DNA from: Mobula hypostoma
Lineage: Eukaryota
DNA length: 64,000 bases
Reading direction: 5' to 3'
Assembly (NCBI RefSeq): GCF_963921235.1
Contig: NC_086097.1
Location: 1,302,001-1,366,000 of the forward strand
The position numbers and the translations under genes are program-made. Of this stretch, positions 11,411 through 25,923 are shown in pieces. The notes under the pieces are model-generated. The model saw only the letters and a list, made by a program, of their open reading frames with translations, did no database searches and was not told where the DNA came from. Every line of letters begins with the position of its first letter. Position 1 is the stretch's first letter.

Positions 11411-14000
11411 AGACCATAAGACCAAATGCCACAGGAGCAGAATTTTAGGCTGTCTGGCCCATCAACTCTGCTCTGCCATTCAATCATGGCTGATCCTTTT
11501 TTTCTTCTCTCCTCCTCAACCCCATTTTCCAGCCTTCTCCCCATAACCTTTGAAGCCATGTCCAATCAAGAACACATCAATCTCTGCCTTAAATACACCC
11601 ATTGACTGTACTTCCAGAGCTGCAAGGGGCAACAAATTGCACAAATTTACCACCCTCTGGCTAAAGAAATTTCTCAGCACATCTGTTTTGAAAGGGCGCC
11701 CCTCTATCTTGAGGCTGTGCCCTCTTGTCCTAGACTCTCCCACCACGGGAAACATCCTTTCCACATCTACTCTGTCTAGGCCTTTCAACATTCGAAAGGT
11801 TTCAATGAGGTCCCCACCACCCATCCTTCTGAATTCCAGTGAGTTGAGGCCAAGAGCCATCAAACGATGTTCGTATGATAACCCCTTCATTGCTGCAATC
11901 ATCCTTGTGAACCTCCTCTGGACTCTCTCCAATGCCAGCACATCTTTTCAAAGATGAGGAGCCCAAAACTGTACAATACTCAAGGTGAGGCCTCACCATT
12001 GCCTTATAAAGCCTCAGCATCACATCCCTGCTCTTGTATTCTACACCTCTTGAAATGAATGCTAACATGGCATTTGCCTTCCTCACCACCAACTCTACCT
12101 GCAAGTTAACCTTCAGGGTGTTCTGCACAAGGAATCCCAAGTCCCTTTGCATCTCAGATTCTTGGACTTTCTCCCCGTTTAGAAAATAGTCTACACATTT
12201 ATTTCTATTACCAAAGTGCATGACCATGCATTTTCCAGCATTGTATTTCATTTGCCACTTTCTTGTCCATTCTCCTGATCTGTCCTTCTGCAGCCTACCT
12301 GTTTCTTCAACACTACCTGCCCCTCCACCAATTTTCATATTGTCTGCAAACTTGGCAACTAAGCCATCTATTCCAACATCTAAATCATTTATATAAAAAG
12401 TGAAAAGAAGTGGTCCCGATACCAACCCCTGCGGAACACCACTAGTCACTGGCAGCCAACCAGACAAGGATCCTTTTATTCCCACTCACTGCCTCCTTCC
12501 AACCAGCCAATGTTCTAAATATGCCATTAACTTTCCTGTAATACCATGGGCACTTAACTTGGTAAGCAGCCTCATATGTGGCACCTTGTCAAAGGCCTTC
12601 TGAAAGTCCAAATATACAACATCCACTGCATCCCCTTTATCTATCCTACTTGTAATCTCCTCAAAGAATTTCAACAGGTTTGTCAAGCAAGATTTTCCCT
12701 CGAGGAAACCATGCAGACTTTGTCCTATCTTGACCTGTGTCACCAAGTACTCCCTAACTTCATCCTTAACAACTGAGTCCAACATCTTCCCAACCACTGA
12801 GGTCAGGCTAACTGGTCTATAGTTTCCTTTCTTCTGCCTTCCTCATTTCTTAAAGAGTGGAGTAACATTTGCAATTTTCCAGTCCTCTGGCACCATGCCA
12901 GAGTCCAAAGATTTTTGAACGATCATTGCTAATGCTGTCATAATCTCTAACGCTACCTCTTTCAGAACCCTAGGATGTAGTTCATCTGGTCCGGGTGACT
13001 TATGTACCTTTAGGTCTTTCAGCTTTTTGAGCACCTTCTCCCTTGTAATAGTAACTGCACCCACTTCTTGTCCTTCAGACACTACAACATCTGGCACAAT
13101 TCTAGTGTCTTCCACAGTGAAGAATGATACAAAATACTCATTTAGTTAATCAACCAACTCCTTGTTCCCCGTTATTATTTCTCCTGCCTCATTTTCTAGC
13201 ATGCCATATCCACTCTCATCTCTCTTCTGTTTTTTTTACATACTTGCAAAAGCTTTTACTATCCATTTTGATATATTTCCTCACTTGCTTTCATATTTCA
13301 TCTTTTCCTTTCAAATAATTATTTTAGTTGCTCTCTGTAGGTTTTTAAAAACAGCCCAACCCTCTACCTTTCCACTAATTTTTGCTTCGTTGTATACCCT
13401 CTCTTTTGTTTTTACTTTAGCTTTGACTTTAACCCACAAGAATTCAATCTTCCAGTCCTATGTTACATCTTTCTACTGATTTGGTGCCATTCATTACCAG
13501 CAGAGCCACACCACCCCCTCTGCCGACCTTCCTATCCCTCCAATATTACATGTAACCTTGGACATTCAGCTCCCAACTACAACCATCCTTCAGCTACGAT
13601 TCAGTGATGGCCACAACATCATACCTGGCCATCTGTAATGGTGCAATAAGATCATCCACCTTACTGTGCATTGAGAGACAACACATTGAGTACTGTACTT
13701 GTTACCCTTTTCGATTTTGCATCCCTAATATACTGATACTCGCCCTGTTGGCTGCGACTATATTCCATCACCTGCCTGCCCTTCCTGACAGTCTGACTGC
13801 ACGCTATCTTTACTCTTTTTACCATCTGTCCTATCCTGAGTCCCTTCACTCCGGTTCCCACCCCCCGGCCAAATTAGTTTAAACCCTCCCCAACAGCTCT
13901 AACAAACCTGCCTGCTGAATATTGGTCCCCATTGGGGTTAGGTGCAACTCTTCACTTTTGAACATGTCATACCTCCCCCAGAAGAGAACCCAATGATCCA
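11410..14000 (-). mobile_element. CR1 ~2.6 kb with internal deletions (ORF1 end, RT, 3'UTR)
   Basis: KSPGPDELHPRVLKE, YLDFQKAFDKVPH, SGVPQG and KFADN across broken ORFs. Confidence 0.88.
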
Positions 14001-14589
14001 AGCATGAGTCTCCAGGATTAAGCTCTAGAATTAATCAACCTATAGCTAAGGAAGTGATGACTCCCTCCTCTTAGACTGTTGAAGGTAACTTACTTTCTAA
14101 TCTTTCTTACTCTCTTCTAATATTTGTATATTTGTATATCTGTGCACTTGTAATGCCACTGTGGGACCAATAAAGTACACTCTAGAAGAGTTTCCCGTTC
14201 TGAGCCCAGAGCTCCTCTAACAAGCTGAATAGTATCTCTCCATTACATCAATCACTTCCCCTACATACCACGAAAACTTCAATCAATTCGTCCTTCTAAA
14301 TCCTGGAGAACACAACTGCAATGACAACTGTTTAAGGGAAAACTTCCACAGACCTTGGATGGAAGGCGGGACCCCAGGATTAGCAGAGATGGGCCATTTG
14401 CCTTATTCTTGTGGGGGCAGCAGGTGGTTACCTGGTTAACTGACAGCTTGTGGGCCGAAGGAGCTGAATGTGAAGTACTTGTAAAAACAGACACTCATAT
14501 ATACTGAGAGTGAATTGTGATGTGGGAACACGGACTGTCAAAGGCTCATTTTGACCCTCGCATCTCTCTATTATCAATCAGAAACTTAA

Positions 14590-17500
14590 ACATAGAACAT
14601 AGAATAGTACAGCACATTACAGGCCCTTCGGCCCACAATGTCATGCCGACCCTCAAACCCTGCCTCCCATATAAGCCCCCACCATAAATTCCTCCATATA
14701 CCTGTCTAGTAGTCTCTTAAACTTCACTAGTGTATCTGCCTCCACCACTGACTCAGGCAGTGCATTCCACGCACCAACCTCTCGCTGAGTAAAAAACCTT
14801 CCTCTAATATCCCCCTTGAACTTCCCACCCCTTACCTTAAAGCCATGTCCTCTTGTATTGAGCAGTGGTGCCCTGGGGAAGAGGCGCTGGCTATCCACTC
14901 CATCTATTCCTCTTATTATCTTGTACACCTCTATCATGTCTCCTCTCATCCTCCTTCTCTCTCCAAAGAGTAAAGCCCCAGCTCCCTTAATCTCTGATCA
15001 TAATGCATACTCTCTAAACCAGGCAGCATCCTGGTAAATCTCCTCTGTACCCTTTCCAATGCTTCCACATCCTTCCTATAGTGAGGCGACCAGAACTGGA
15101 CACAGTACTCCAAGTGTGGCCTAACCAGAATTTTACAGAGCTGCATCACTACATCGCGACTCTTAAACACTATCCCTTGACTTATGAAAGCTAACACCCC
15201 ATAAGCTTTCTTAACTACCCTATCTACCTGTGAGGCAACTTTCAGGGATCTGTGGACATGTACCCCCAGATCCCTCTGCTCCTCCACACTACCAAGTATC
15301 CTGCCATTTACTTTGTACTCTGCCTTGGAGTTTGTCCTTTCAAGATGTACCACCTCACACTTCTCCAGGTTGAACTCCATCTGCCACTTCTCAGCCCACT
15401 TCTGCATCCTATCAATGTCTCTCTGCAATCTTCGACAATCCTCTACATTATCTACAACACCACCGACCTTTGAGTCATCTGCAAACTTGCCAACCCACCC
15501 TTCTACCCCCACATCAAGGTCGTTAATAAAAATCACGAAAAGTAGAGGTTCCAGAACAGATCCTTGTGGGACACCACTAGTCACAACCCTCCAATCTGAA
15601 TGTACTCCCTCCACCATGACCCTCTGCTTTCTGCAGGCAAGCCAATTCTGAATCCACCTGGCCAAACTTCCCTGGATCCCATGCCTTCTGACTTTCTGAA
15701 TGAGCCTGCCGTGTGGAACCTTGTCAAATGCCTTACTAAAATCCATATAGATCACATCCACTGCACTACCCTCATCTATATGCCTGGTCACCTCCTCAAA
15801 GAACTCTATCAGGCTTGTTAGACATGATCTGCCCTTCACAAAGCCATGTTGACTGTCTGTGATCAGACCATGATTCTCTAAATGCCCATAGATCCTACCT
15901 CTAAGAATCTTTTCCAACAGCTTTCCCACCACAGATGCAAGGCTCACTAGTCTATAATTACCCGGACTATCCCTACTACCTTTTTTGAACAAGGGGACAA
16001 CATTCGCCTCCCTCCAGTCCTCTGGTACCATTCCTGTGGACAACGAGGACATAAAGATCCTAGCCAGAGGCTCAGCAATCTCTTCCCTCGCCTCGTGGAG
16101 CAGCCTGGGGAATATTCCGTCAGGCCCCGGGGACTTACCCGTCCTAATGTATTTTAACAACTCCAACACCTCCACTCCCTTAATATCAACATGCTCCAGA
16201 ACATTAACCTCACTCATATTGTCCTCACCATCATCAAGTTCCCTCTCATTGGTGAATACCAAAGAGAAGTATTCATTGAGGACCTCGCTCACTTCCACAG
16301 CCTCCAGGCACATCTTCCCACCTTTATCTCTAAATGGTCCTATCTTCACTCCTGTCATCCTTTTTTTCTTCACACAACTGAAGAATGCCTTGGGGTTTTC
16401 CTTTACCCTACTCACCAAGGCCTTCTCATGCCCCCTTCTTGCTCTTCTCAGCCCCTTCTTAAGCTCCTTTCTTGCTGCCCTATATTCCTCAATAGACCCA
16501 TCTGATCCTTGCTTCCTAAACCTCATGTATGCTACCTTCTTCCACCTGACTAGATTTTCCACTTCACTTGTCACCCATGGTTCCTTCACTCTACCATTCT
16601 TTCTTTCTTTCTTTTTAAATCTTTTTATTAATTTTTCAAAATTATAAACTCAATAAGAATGTTGGAACAAAGAGATTGGAAAATGTTCATCAGCATATAT
16701 AAAATGAATTTTAAGCAACATAGAAGTAAAAGACTTCCAAACTCATAATGAGATTAAACATTAACAAAGAAATTAAAAGAAAAAATATATAAACAAAAAA
16801 AAACCCCAAAAGAAAAAAAGAGAACCCCCCCGCAAAAAAAAAGGCAAAACAGGGCTAGACCAACAGCTTCTATCAGACACGTTCAATAAATTCCTTAACT
16901 CCGCTCCTCTCATCATATAATTTTAGAAAAAAGATTCAGAAAGGTCAGATTATTTCATATGAAAATGTTGCGTAAGAGGTTTCCAAGTATCTTCAAATTT
17001 AACCGAAGGGTCAAAAATATCACTTCTAATTTTTTTCTAAATTTAAACTTAATATGGTTTGAGAAAACCATTGGGATGTAGTTGGAGGATTAGTTTCCTT
17101 CCAGTTCAACAAAATAGATCTTGCCATTAAAGTAACAAAAGCTATCATTCGAGAGGCTGAAGAAGACAAAGATCTGTGTTCTACCATTGGCAATCCAAAG
17201 ATTGCCGTAATAGGATGGGGTTTTAAATTAAAGCATAGAACTGTTGAAATGTCTTTCCAATATTTTTCCAAAAGAGGACAGGACCAAAACATATGAGTTA
17301 AAGAAGCCACTTCAGAGTGACATCTATCACAAGTAGGGTTTATATGGGAATAAAAACGAGCTAGTTTATCTTTGGACATACGAGCTCTGTGTACTACTTT
17401 AAATTGTATCAATGTATATTTAGCACATATAGAAGAAGTACTAATTAATTGAAATTTTTTTTCCCCATTTCCCTATAGGTAGGGAAAGTTGAAGTTCCCT

Positions 17501-19416
17501 TTCCCATTCATTTTTTAAATTTTATCAGATATATCTGGCTGTAATTTCATAATTATATCACAAATTATTGCTATTAATCCCTTCTACAAAGGATCACTCT
17601 ACCATTCTTTATCTTCCTCACCGGGACAAATTTATCCCTAACATCCTGCAAGAGATCTCTAAACATCGACCACATGTCCATAATACACTTCCCTGCAAAA
17701 ACATCATCCCAATTCACACCCCCAAGTTCTAGCCTTATAGCCTCATAACTTGCCCTTCCCCAATTAAAAATTTTCCTGTCCTCTCTGATTCTATCTTTTT
17801 CCATGATAATGCTAAGGCCAGGGAGCAGTGGTCAATGTCCCCCAGATGCTCACCCACTGAGAGATCTGTGACCTGACCTGGTTCATTACCTAGTACTAGA
17901 TCCAGTATGGCATTCCCCCTAGTCAGCCTGTCAACATACTGTGACAGGTATCCGTCCTGGACACACTTAACAAACTCTGCCCCATCTAAACCCTTGGAAC
18001 TAATCAGGTGCCAATCAATATTAGGGAAGTTAAAGTCACCCATGATAACAACCCTGTTATTTTTGCACCTTTCCAAAATCTGCCTCCCAATCTGCTCCTC
18101 TGTATCTCTGCTGCTACCGGGGGCCTATAGAATACTCCCAATAGAGTAACTGCTCCCTTCCTGTTCCTGACTTCCACCCATATTGACTCAAAAGAGGATC
18201 CTGCTACATTACCCACCCTTTCTGTAGCTGTAATAGTATCCCTGACTAGTAATGCCACCCCTCCTCCCCTTTTTCCACCCTCTCTATCCCTTTTAAAGCA
18301 CTGAAATCCAGGAATATTGAGAATCCATTCCTGCCCTGGTGCCAGCCAAGTCTCTGTAATAGCCACTACATCATAATTCCATATATGTATCCAAGCTCTC
18401 AGTTCATCACCTTTGTTCCTGATGCTTCTTGCATTGAGGTACACACATTTCAGCCCTTCTACCTTACTGTCTTTACACCATTTATTCTGCTTCTCTTTCC
18501 TCAAAGCCTCTCTGTATGTTAGATCTGGCTTTACTCCATACACTTCTTTCACTGCTCTATCGCTCTGGGTCCCATCCCCCTCGTAAATTAGTTTAAACCC
18601 TCCCGAACCATGCTAGCAAACCTACCTGCAAGAATATTGCTCCCCCTCGAGTTCAGGTGCAACCCATCCAATCTGTACAGGTCCCACCTTCCCCAGAAGA
18701 GATCCCAATGATCCAAAAATCTAAAACTCTTCCCCCTGCACCAACTCCTCAGCCACGCATTCAACTGCCATCTCCTCCAATTCTTACCATCGCTGTCATG
18801 TAGCACTGGCAGCAATCCTGAGAACGCCACCCTTGAGGTCCTATTCTTCAGCCTTCTGCCTAGTTCCCGAAACTCACACTTCAGGACCTCATCCCTCTTC
18901 CTGCCTATGTCGTTGGCACCAACATGTATCACGACTTATGGTTGCTTTCCCTCTCGTACCAGGATGTCGTGCACCTGGTCAGAGACATCCCGGACCCTGG
19001 CACCCGGGAGGCAACGAACCATGCGGGTGTCCTTCTTACATCCACAAAATCTCCTGTCTGCTCCCCTGTATAGAGTCTCCAATGACGACAGCTCTCCTCT
19101 TCTCCATCCCACCCTTCTGCACCACAGGGTCAGACTCAGTGCCAGAGGCCCTGCCACCGTGGCTCACACCTGGTCGGTCGTCCCCGCCAACAGTTTCCAG
19201 GACTGGAAACTTATTATTCAGGGGAATGGCTACAGGGGTGCTCTGCACTACCTGTCTATACACCTTTGCTCTCCCCCCTCTGTAACCCAACGACCTGCTT
19301 CCAGCAACCTAGGTGTGATTACCTCCCTGTAGCTCTCATTTATGACTGCCTCATTCTCCTTTACGAGTCAAAGGTCATCCAGCTGCTGCTCCAGATTCCT
19401 TACACGGTCTTCCAGA
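14590..19416 (-). mobile_element. Near full-length CR1 (ORF1 SGNH esterase; ORF2 APE + RT), interrupted by L1 at 16603-17593
   Basis: ORF1: VVIGDS, HVGANDI, DGLHLN. APE: YLNARSIRNK, ITETWL, MGDFN, LDLVL. RT: a 547-aa ORF with DFSKAFDKVPH, GVPQGS, FADD. (TTCTATG)n tail at ~14591. Confidence 0.93.
16603..17593 (-). mobile_element. L1-clade LINE 3' fragment with 17-bp TSD
   Basis: ORF 17026-17412 has the CDRC..LTHMFWSC zinc knuckle; A-rich tail; TCACTCTACCATTCTTT at 16586-16602 and 17594-17610. Confidence 0.88.
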
Positions 19417-19601
19417 TTGCCCAGCATCTTCTCGCATGGTCTATGACCCAACAATAGACAGCTGTCTTCCCCCATATCGAGTACCTCAGTGTAATGACCA
19501 CTTCCCATCAGTGTTAGAACATTCCAGATTTTCACCACTTTCATGCTTATGAGGATGTTTGTGACCCACCCTGCCCAATCAACAGAAATAGTTTCTCATT
19601 A

Positions 19602-20160
19602 CATGGTACCCTGGTCAGACCCCACTTGGAGTATGTGCTATGTTCTGGTCGCCTCACTACAGGAAGGACGTGGAAACTACAGAAAGGGTGCAGAGGAGAT
19701 TTACAAGGATGTTGCCTGGATTGGGGAGCATGCCTTATGAGAATAGGTTGAGTGAACTCGGCCTTTTCTCCTTGGAGCGATGGAGGATGAGAGGTGACCT
19801 GATAGAGGTGTATAAGATGATGAGAGGCATTGATCATGTGGATAGTCAGAGGCTTCTTCCCAGGGCTGAAATGGCTAGCATGAGAGGGCACAGTTTTAAG
19901 GTGCTGGGGAGTAGGTACAGAGGAGATGTCAGGGGTAAGTATTTTATGCAGAGAGTGGTGAGTGCGTGGAATGGGCTGCCAGTGACAGTGGTGGAGGTGG
20001 ATATGATAGGGTCTTTTAAGAGACTCCTGGACAGGTACATGGAGCTTAGAAAAATAGAGGGCTATGGGTAACCCGAGGTAATTTCTCAGGTGAGGAATAG
20101 TCAGCACAGTTTTGTGGGCCGTAGGGCCTGTATTGTGCTGTAGGTTTTCTATGTTTCTAT
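19602..20160 (+). mobile_element. CR1 3' fragment
   Basis: ORF 19640-20071; tail ttttctatgtttctat. Confidence 0.9.
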
Positions 20161-20695
20161 CTACCATTCAGTACAGAAAATAACCCCCTTGGCCCACTTT
20201 GTCCACACCAGTTATGTTGTGTATCTACATCAATGTAGCTGCTTGCATTAGTCCTCCACTCCTTTCCTATCCAAATGCATTTTAAATTCTGCAGTCTGAC
20301 TCCTCCTAATACCTTTCCAAATGAACATGAATTCTGTTCCTCAGAATTTTCTCCAACGACTTCCTTCCTACTGACACAAGCCTCACTGGCCAGTCATTTC
20401 CAGGCTTAACCTTACCGACGTTTTTGAATATGGGGACTACGTTAGCTCTCCTCTGTCGCCAGGTCCCTCAGTGTTGGCTACTGAACAAGAACTACATTAA
20501 CTCTTCTGTCCTCTGAAGTTTCCCCTCATGTTCCCCTTAAATCTTTCACCTTACCTACCTGAGATGACACTTCAAACGAATTATGGGCCTGCAGTCCCAG
20601 ATCCCTTTGTTCTACCACGATCCTCAGTGCCACTGTTTAAGACCTAGTTGGTCCTACTGAAGTGCAGTATCTTGCACTTGTCTACGTTAAATTCC

Positions 20696-22539
20696 TTTTT
20701 TTTCCTCCTTTTTGTTTAAATTTTATTTTTATTTGGATAAGGAATTCACAAGTATCATGTACTTTTTCCACACTTATAACCTTTTCCATTTTTTTATATG
20801 TATAAAACTATAATTATTTATACATTCTTAAGTACACATTGAGATGATATAAAAGGAAATTAGATACTTAAATAGATAATTATGTACAGTGGTAATTCTA
20901 ATCTATTAGGCTAAGTAATGGTATTAGTTGTTAGGGAACATTGTAACAATAGTTTCCATACATCTCTTCTGGACCATTTCTTTCTGGTCCAAAATGTTGT
21001 ATGTAAGCCCATGTAACAACCATTGTAGGTGTTTATATCTTAACTTGTTCATGCTTGCTCCTGCCCCCAGACATAATTATCTAATCCCTAGGTACTTATT
21101 TACTTAATTTTATCATTTTTTATCCCTTTCCCAAATCTTTTCCTTTACTTGTATTAATTCTCTATTTTCCAAAAGAAAACAAAAACAGTAAACATTTAGA
21201 CTAGGGGTGCTTACGTTAGCAATATTACTGTGTTGATGAGAAGAGCAGTATAAATCATTAGGAGAGTCATCTAAAGTCTGCTCGCATTGGGGTTATATAT
21301 TCAATCCATTTATTCCAGATTTGATAAAATTTTTCTTTTTGAATTCTCAGGGAGTAAGTCAACTTTTCCATTTTAAATATTTCCAAGATAATTTCGTGCC
21401 AATCTTCTAATGTAGGTGGTACTGGATTTAGCCACTTTCTAGTGATTGATTTCTTACTTGCCGCTAAGAGGGCCTGCAGCAACTTTGTATCTTCCTTCTG
21501 TTCAAGAAACAATACATGCCCCAAATAGAGCGTCTCAAAGTTCAGAGGTATCTGGGATCTAAGTACCTTAACTAATGTTCTATGAATACCTTCCCAATAT
21601 AGACTTAATTTAGGGCAATCCCAGAAAATATGAAAATGATTTGCCTCCTTGGAGCCGCACCTTCTCCAACACGTCACGTTTGTATCTTTATATTTTTCCT
21701 GATATGGGGTCTTGAAGTACCTTATAATGTTTTTCCAACAATGTTCTCTCCAAGTCAAAGAATTAGTCGAGGACCATTGAAAGCTGCTAATTTTCCCCCA
21801 AGCCTCCTCTGAAAGTACCAACCCCGCTTCTTTCTCCCACTTCTCTTTAATATACAATGTGTTTACATTTTTAGCATGGGAGAGTGCATTATATACTCGA
21901 GAAACTGATTTACTAGGTATTGAACTGCAAACCAAATTCAGAATCTTGAAAAATTCTAATTCTACTGTTGATAGGTCTGTATATCTACAACTCTGGTTAA
22001 CATAGTTTCGTACTTGAAGGTACCTAAAAAAGTCATTGTGTTCTAGGCCATGTTTGTCCTGCAGGATTTGGAAACTTTGTAATACTCTTTTATCTATAAA
22101 TGAGAGGTAGGTTGTAAGACCTCCCTTTATCCATAATTCAAATCTTTTATCTCCTCTGTTGGGAAGGAATTCGGTATCATATGCACACCATCTGAAGAGT
22201 TTTAACATGTTATTAATTCCACATGAATTAATCACCTTCTGCCATACTTTGAATGTAAGATTTATCCAACTGTTTTTAAATTTTTCCAATTGGGCCATCA
22301 ATCCTTTGTCAGCTATTAAGTCCTGTAGAGGAAAACTGTCAACTAATCCAAATTCTATTTCCTTCCATCTAGCCTTATATTCCCTATTACGCCAATATAA
22401 TAGAGGGGTTATCTGTGAGGCATAAAAATAATTTCTCAGGCAAGGAAGAACCATACCTCCTCCTTCCTTCCCTAACTGTAAGGTGTTATATCGAATTCTA
22501 GGTTTCTTTCCTTGCCAAATGAAGTGGGAAATCCATTTG
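20696..22539 (-). mobile_element. L1-clade LINE 3' ~1.85 kb (second family) with 16-bp TSD
   Basis: 395-aa open ORF2 C-terminus with CWRRC..HFHIFWDC; poly(A) tail with AATAAA; GTCTAC(G/T)TTAAATTCC at 20680-20695 and 22540-22555. Confidence 0.88.
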
Positions 22540-22804
22540 GTCTACTTTAAATTCCATCTCCCATTTTTCCAGCTGATGCAGATTCCTCTGTAAGTCATGA
22601 TAGCCTTCCTCGCTGTCCACTACACCACTCAATTCTGGTGTCATCTGCAAATTTGCTGATCCAGTTAACCAAATTTCGATTCAGATCATTGATGTAGCTG
22701 ACAAACAATGAAAGACCCAGCACTACTAGTCACAGGCTTCCTATGCTAACTCCTTAGCCACATGTTAAACTGTATAATCTTTCTAGTTCTGGCCTCTCTA
22801 GTAC

Positions 22805-23278
22805 ATACAATGATTCCAGGATTGAGTGGTTTGTCACATGAAGAGCATTTGATGGCTCTGGGCCTGTATTCACTAAAATTCTGAAGAATGAGGAGTGACC
22901 TCATTGAAACCTATTGAATGGTGAAAAGGCTTGATAGAGTGGAGGTGGAGAGGATGTTTCCTATGGTGGGAGAGTCTAAGACCAGAGGACACGGCCTCAG
23001 AATAGAGGGGTATCCTTTCAGACTGAGATGAGGAGGAATTTCTTTAGTCAGAGAATAGTGAATCTGTGGAATTCTTTGCCAGGGGCAACTGTGGAGGCCA
23101 AGACTTTATGTATATTTAAGGCAGAGGTTGAGAGATTCATAAATGGTCAGAGCATGAAGGGATACGGGGAGAAGGCATGAGATTGGGACTGACAGGAAAA
23201 TTGGATCAGCACTGATGAAATGGTGGAGCAGACACGACAGGCCAAATGGTCTAATTCTGCTCCTATATCTTATGGTCC
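22805..23278 (+). mobile_element. CR1 3' fragment
   Basis: Matches the CR1 C-terminus and 3'UTR; tail tcttatgg. Confidence 0.8.
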
Positions 23279-23279
23279 T

Positions 23280-23760
23280 GAACCATCCAGGAGTCTCATT
23301 TTTCACACAGAACCTCATTTCTGTTTCCCCAAACTAATGAATCTCCTATCACCACAGTGCACCTCTTTACAACCCCTTCGCTTCTGAGTCACGGAGCCAG
23401 ACTCAGTGCCAGAGAACCAACTGCTGTGACTTTTCTCTGCTAGGTCATCTGCCCGACAGTATCCAGAGTGATATACCTGTTGTTGAGGGATACACTGCAC
23501 TGGCTCCTTTCTCCATCCCGACTGTCACCCAGCTTCCAGTGTCCTCCACCCTACCTTTCTATATGTCCTATCCATCACCCCGTCAGCCTCTCCAATGATC
23601 TGGAGTTCATCCAGTTCCAGCTCCAACTCCTTAACGCAGACTGTTAGAAGCTCAGCTGGATGCACTTCTCAACAGTTGTAGTCATCAGGGACACTGGAGT
23701 CTTCCCGCCAACCCACATTCCACAAGAGGTACATTCAACTATCCCGCCCGGCATCTCGAC
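23280..23760 (-). mobile_element. Degraded CR1 ORF1 5' region (zinc finger / leucine zipper)
   Basis: Minus strand gives MPGGIVECTSCGMW...EKCIQL and ..VKELELELDEL. Confidence 0.6.
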
Positions 23761-24009
23761 TGTCATAATTAAGCAAACATAAAGAAGGAAAGGAAAAAAA
23801 AACTCTATTTGGAACTTTTCTTTGTTGCCTTCTCTGACTGAAACCTTGAAGAGCTAAAGCCTCAGAATCACCATTCTAACTCTGTCCACTCCAACGATGG
23901 CTGTTGTGCTTGCATCTAGCTTCCTTTAATTTATTAACATTTCTGCATAATCCAATCCTGAGAACCCTGGGACAGAATCTTTACCGTGCTCCCAACAAGG
24001 CCATTCGCT

Positions 24010-24158
24010 CCCCAGGAGTGGGGCCTTGGGAGGGTACACAGTGCCTCAGGATTGGGACCCATGAGGGTACACAGTGCCCAGGATGGAGGCCCAGGAGGCT
24101 ATGTAATGCCAAAGGAAGGCACACAATGCCCTGGATTAAGACCTAGGAGGGTACATAA
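24010..24158 (+). repeat. Degenerate ~32-bp tandem repeat
   Basis: Recurrent gagggtacacagtgcc / aggcacacaatgcc / ggagggtaca motifs. Confidence 0.55.
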
Positions 24159-24277
24159 CAAATAGCATAGACATCTGGCCCAACTCATCGCTGCAGACCA
24201 AAGTACTTACCTGACCTAGCCCCATTTGCCAGTATTTAGCCTGCTTGCATCTAACCCTTTCATGTTTTCCAGAAGCT

Positions 24278-25660
24278 TAGAAAACCTATAGCACAATACA
24301 GGCCCTTCGGCCCACAAAGTTGTGCCGAACATGTCCCTACTTAGAAATTACTAGGGTTACCCATAGCCCTCTATTTTTCTAAGCTCCATGTACCTATCCA
24401 AAAGTCTCTTAAAAGACCCTATCGTATCCTCCTCCACCACCATTGCCAGCAGCCCATTCCACGCACTCACCACTCTCTGCGTAATAAACTTACACCTGAA
24501 ATCTCCTCTGTACCTACTTCCAAGCAACTTAAAACTCTGCCCTCTTGTGGCAGCCATTTCAGCCCTGGGAAAAAGCCTCTGACTATCCACACGATCAATG
24601 TCTCTCATCACCTTGTACACCTCCATCAAGTCACCTCTCATCCTCCGTCGCTCCGAAGAAAAAAGGCTGAATTCACTCAACCTGTTTTCATAAGTCATGC
24701 TCCCCAATCCAGGCAACATCCTTGTAAATCTCCTCTGCACCCTTTCTATGGTTTCCACATCCTTCTTCTAGTGAGGCAACCAGAAATGAGCACAGTACTC
24801 CAAGTGGGGTCTGACCAGGGTCCTATATAGCTGCAACATTACCTCTTGGCTCCTAAATTCAATTCTACGATTGATAAAGGCCAATACAACCTGTGCAGCT
24901 GCTTTGAGCGTCCTATGGACTTGGACCCCAAGATCCCTCTGATCCTCCACACTGCCAAGAGTCTTACCATTAATAGTATATTCTGCCATCATATTTGACC
25001 TACGAAAATGAACCACCCTCACTTATCTGGATTGAACTCCACCTGCCACTTCTCAGCCCAGTTTTGCATCCTATCAATGTCCTGCTGTAACCTCTGACAG
25101 CCCTCCACACTATCCACAACACCCCCAACCTTTGTGTCATCAGCAAATTTACTAACCCATCCCTCCACTTCCTCATCCAGGTCATTTATAAAAATCGCAA
25201 AGTAAGGGTCCCAAAACAGATCCCTGAGGCACACCACTGGTCACCGACCTCCATGCAGAATATGACCCGTCTACAACCACACTTTACCTTCTGTGGGCAA
25301 GACAGTTCTGGATCCACAAAGCAATGTCTCCTTGGATCCCATGTCTCCTTACTTTCTCAATAAGCCTTGCATGGGGTACCTTATCAAATGCCTTGCTGAA
25401 ATCCATATACACTACATCGACTGCTCTTCCTTCATCAATGTGTTTAGTCACATCCTCAAAAATTCAATCAGGCTCGTAAGGCACGACCTGCCCTTAACAA
25501 AGCCATGCTGAGTATTCCTAATCATATTATACCTCTCCAAATGTTCATAAATCCTGCCTCTCAGGATCTTCTCCATCAATTTACCAACCACTAAAGTAAG
25601 ACCTTTCTTGAAAAACGGAACAACATCCGCAAAGCTCCAGTCCTCCGGGACCTTTCCTCG
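24278..25660 (-). mobile_element. CR1 3' ~1.4 kb
   Basis: QHGFVKGRSCLT, KFADDTK, C-terminus and tail. Confidence 0.9.
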
Positions 25661-25923
25661 GTCTACGTCTAGAACACAGAACATTACAGCTCAGTAAGTG
25701 CCCTCCAGCCATAAATTTTGTGCTGGCCCTTTAACCTACTCCAAACACCTTTTAAATGTTGCAGTTGGACCCATCTCCCAGCACTCTCAGCCCCTTCTAA
25801 ATATTTCCTCTCTCCTCATGTCTGTGGCCCAGAACTGTACACAATACTCTGGGTGTGACTTACCAAGGCTTTGTGCAGCAGTGCAGATATTTACACACCA
25901 CTAACAAAGGCATTCCAACTATT

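Noticed and set aside
15985..16647. Long plus-strand ORFs opposite CR1 or Rex1 RT (also 2740-3147, 39306-39614, etc.)
   Set aside because: Antisense shadows of TE coding sequence.
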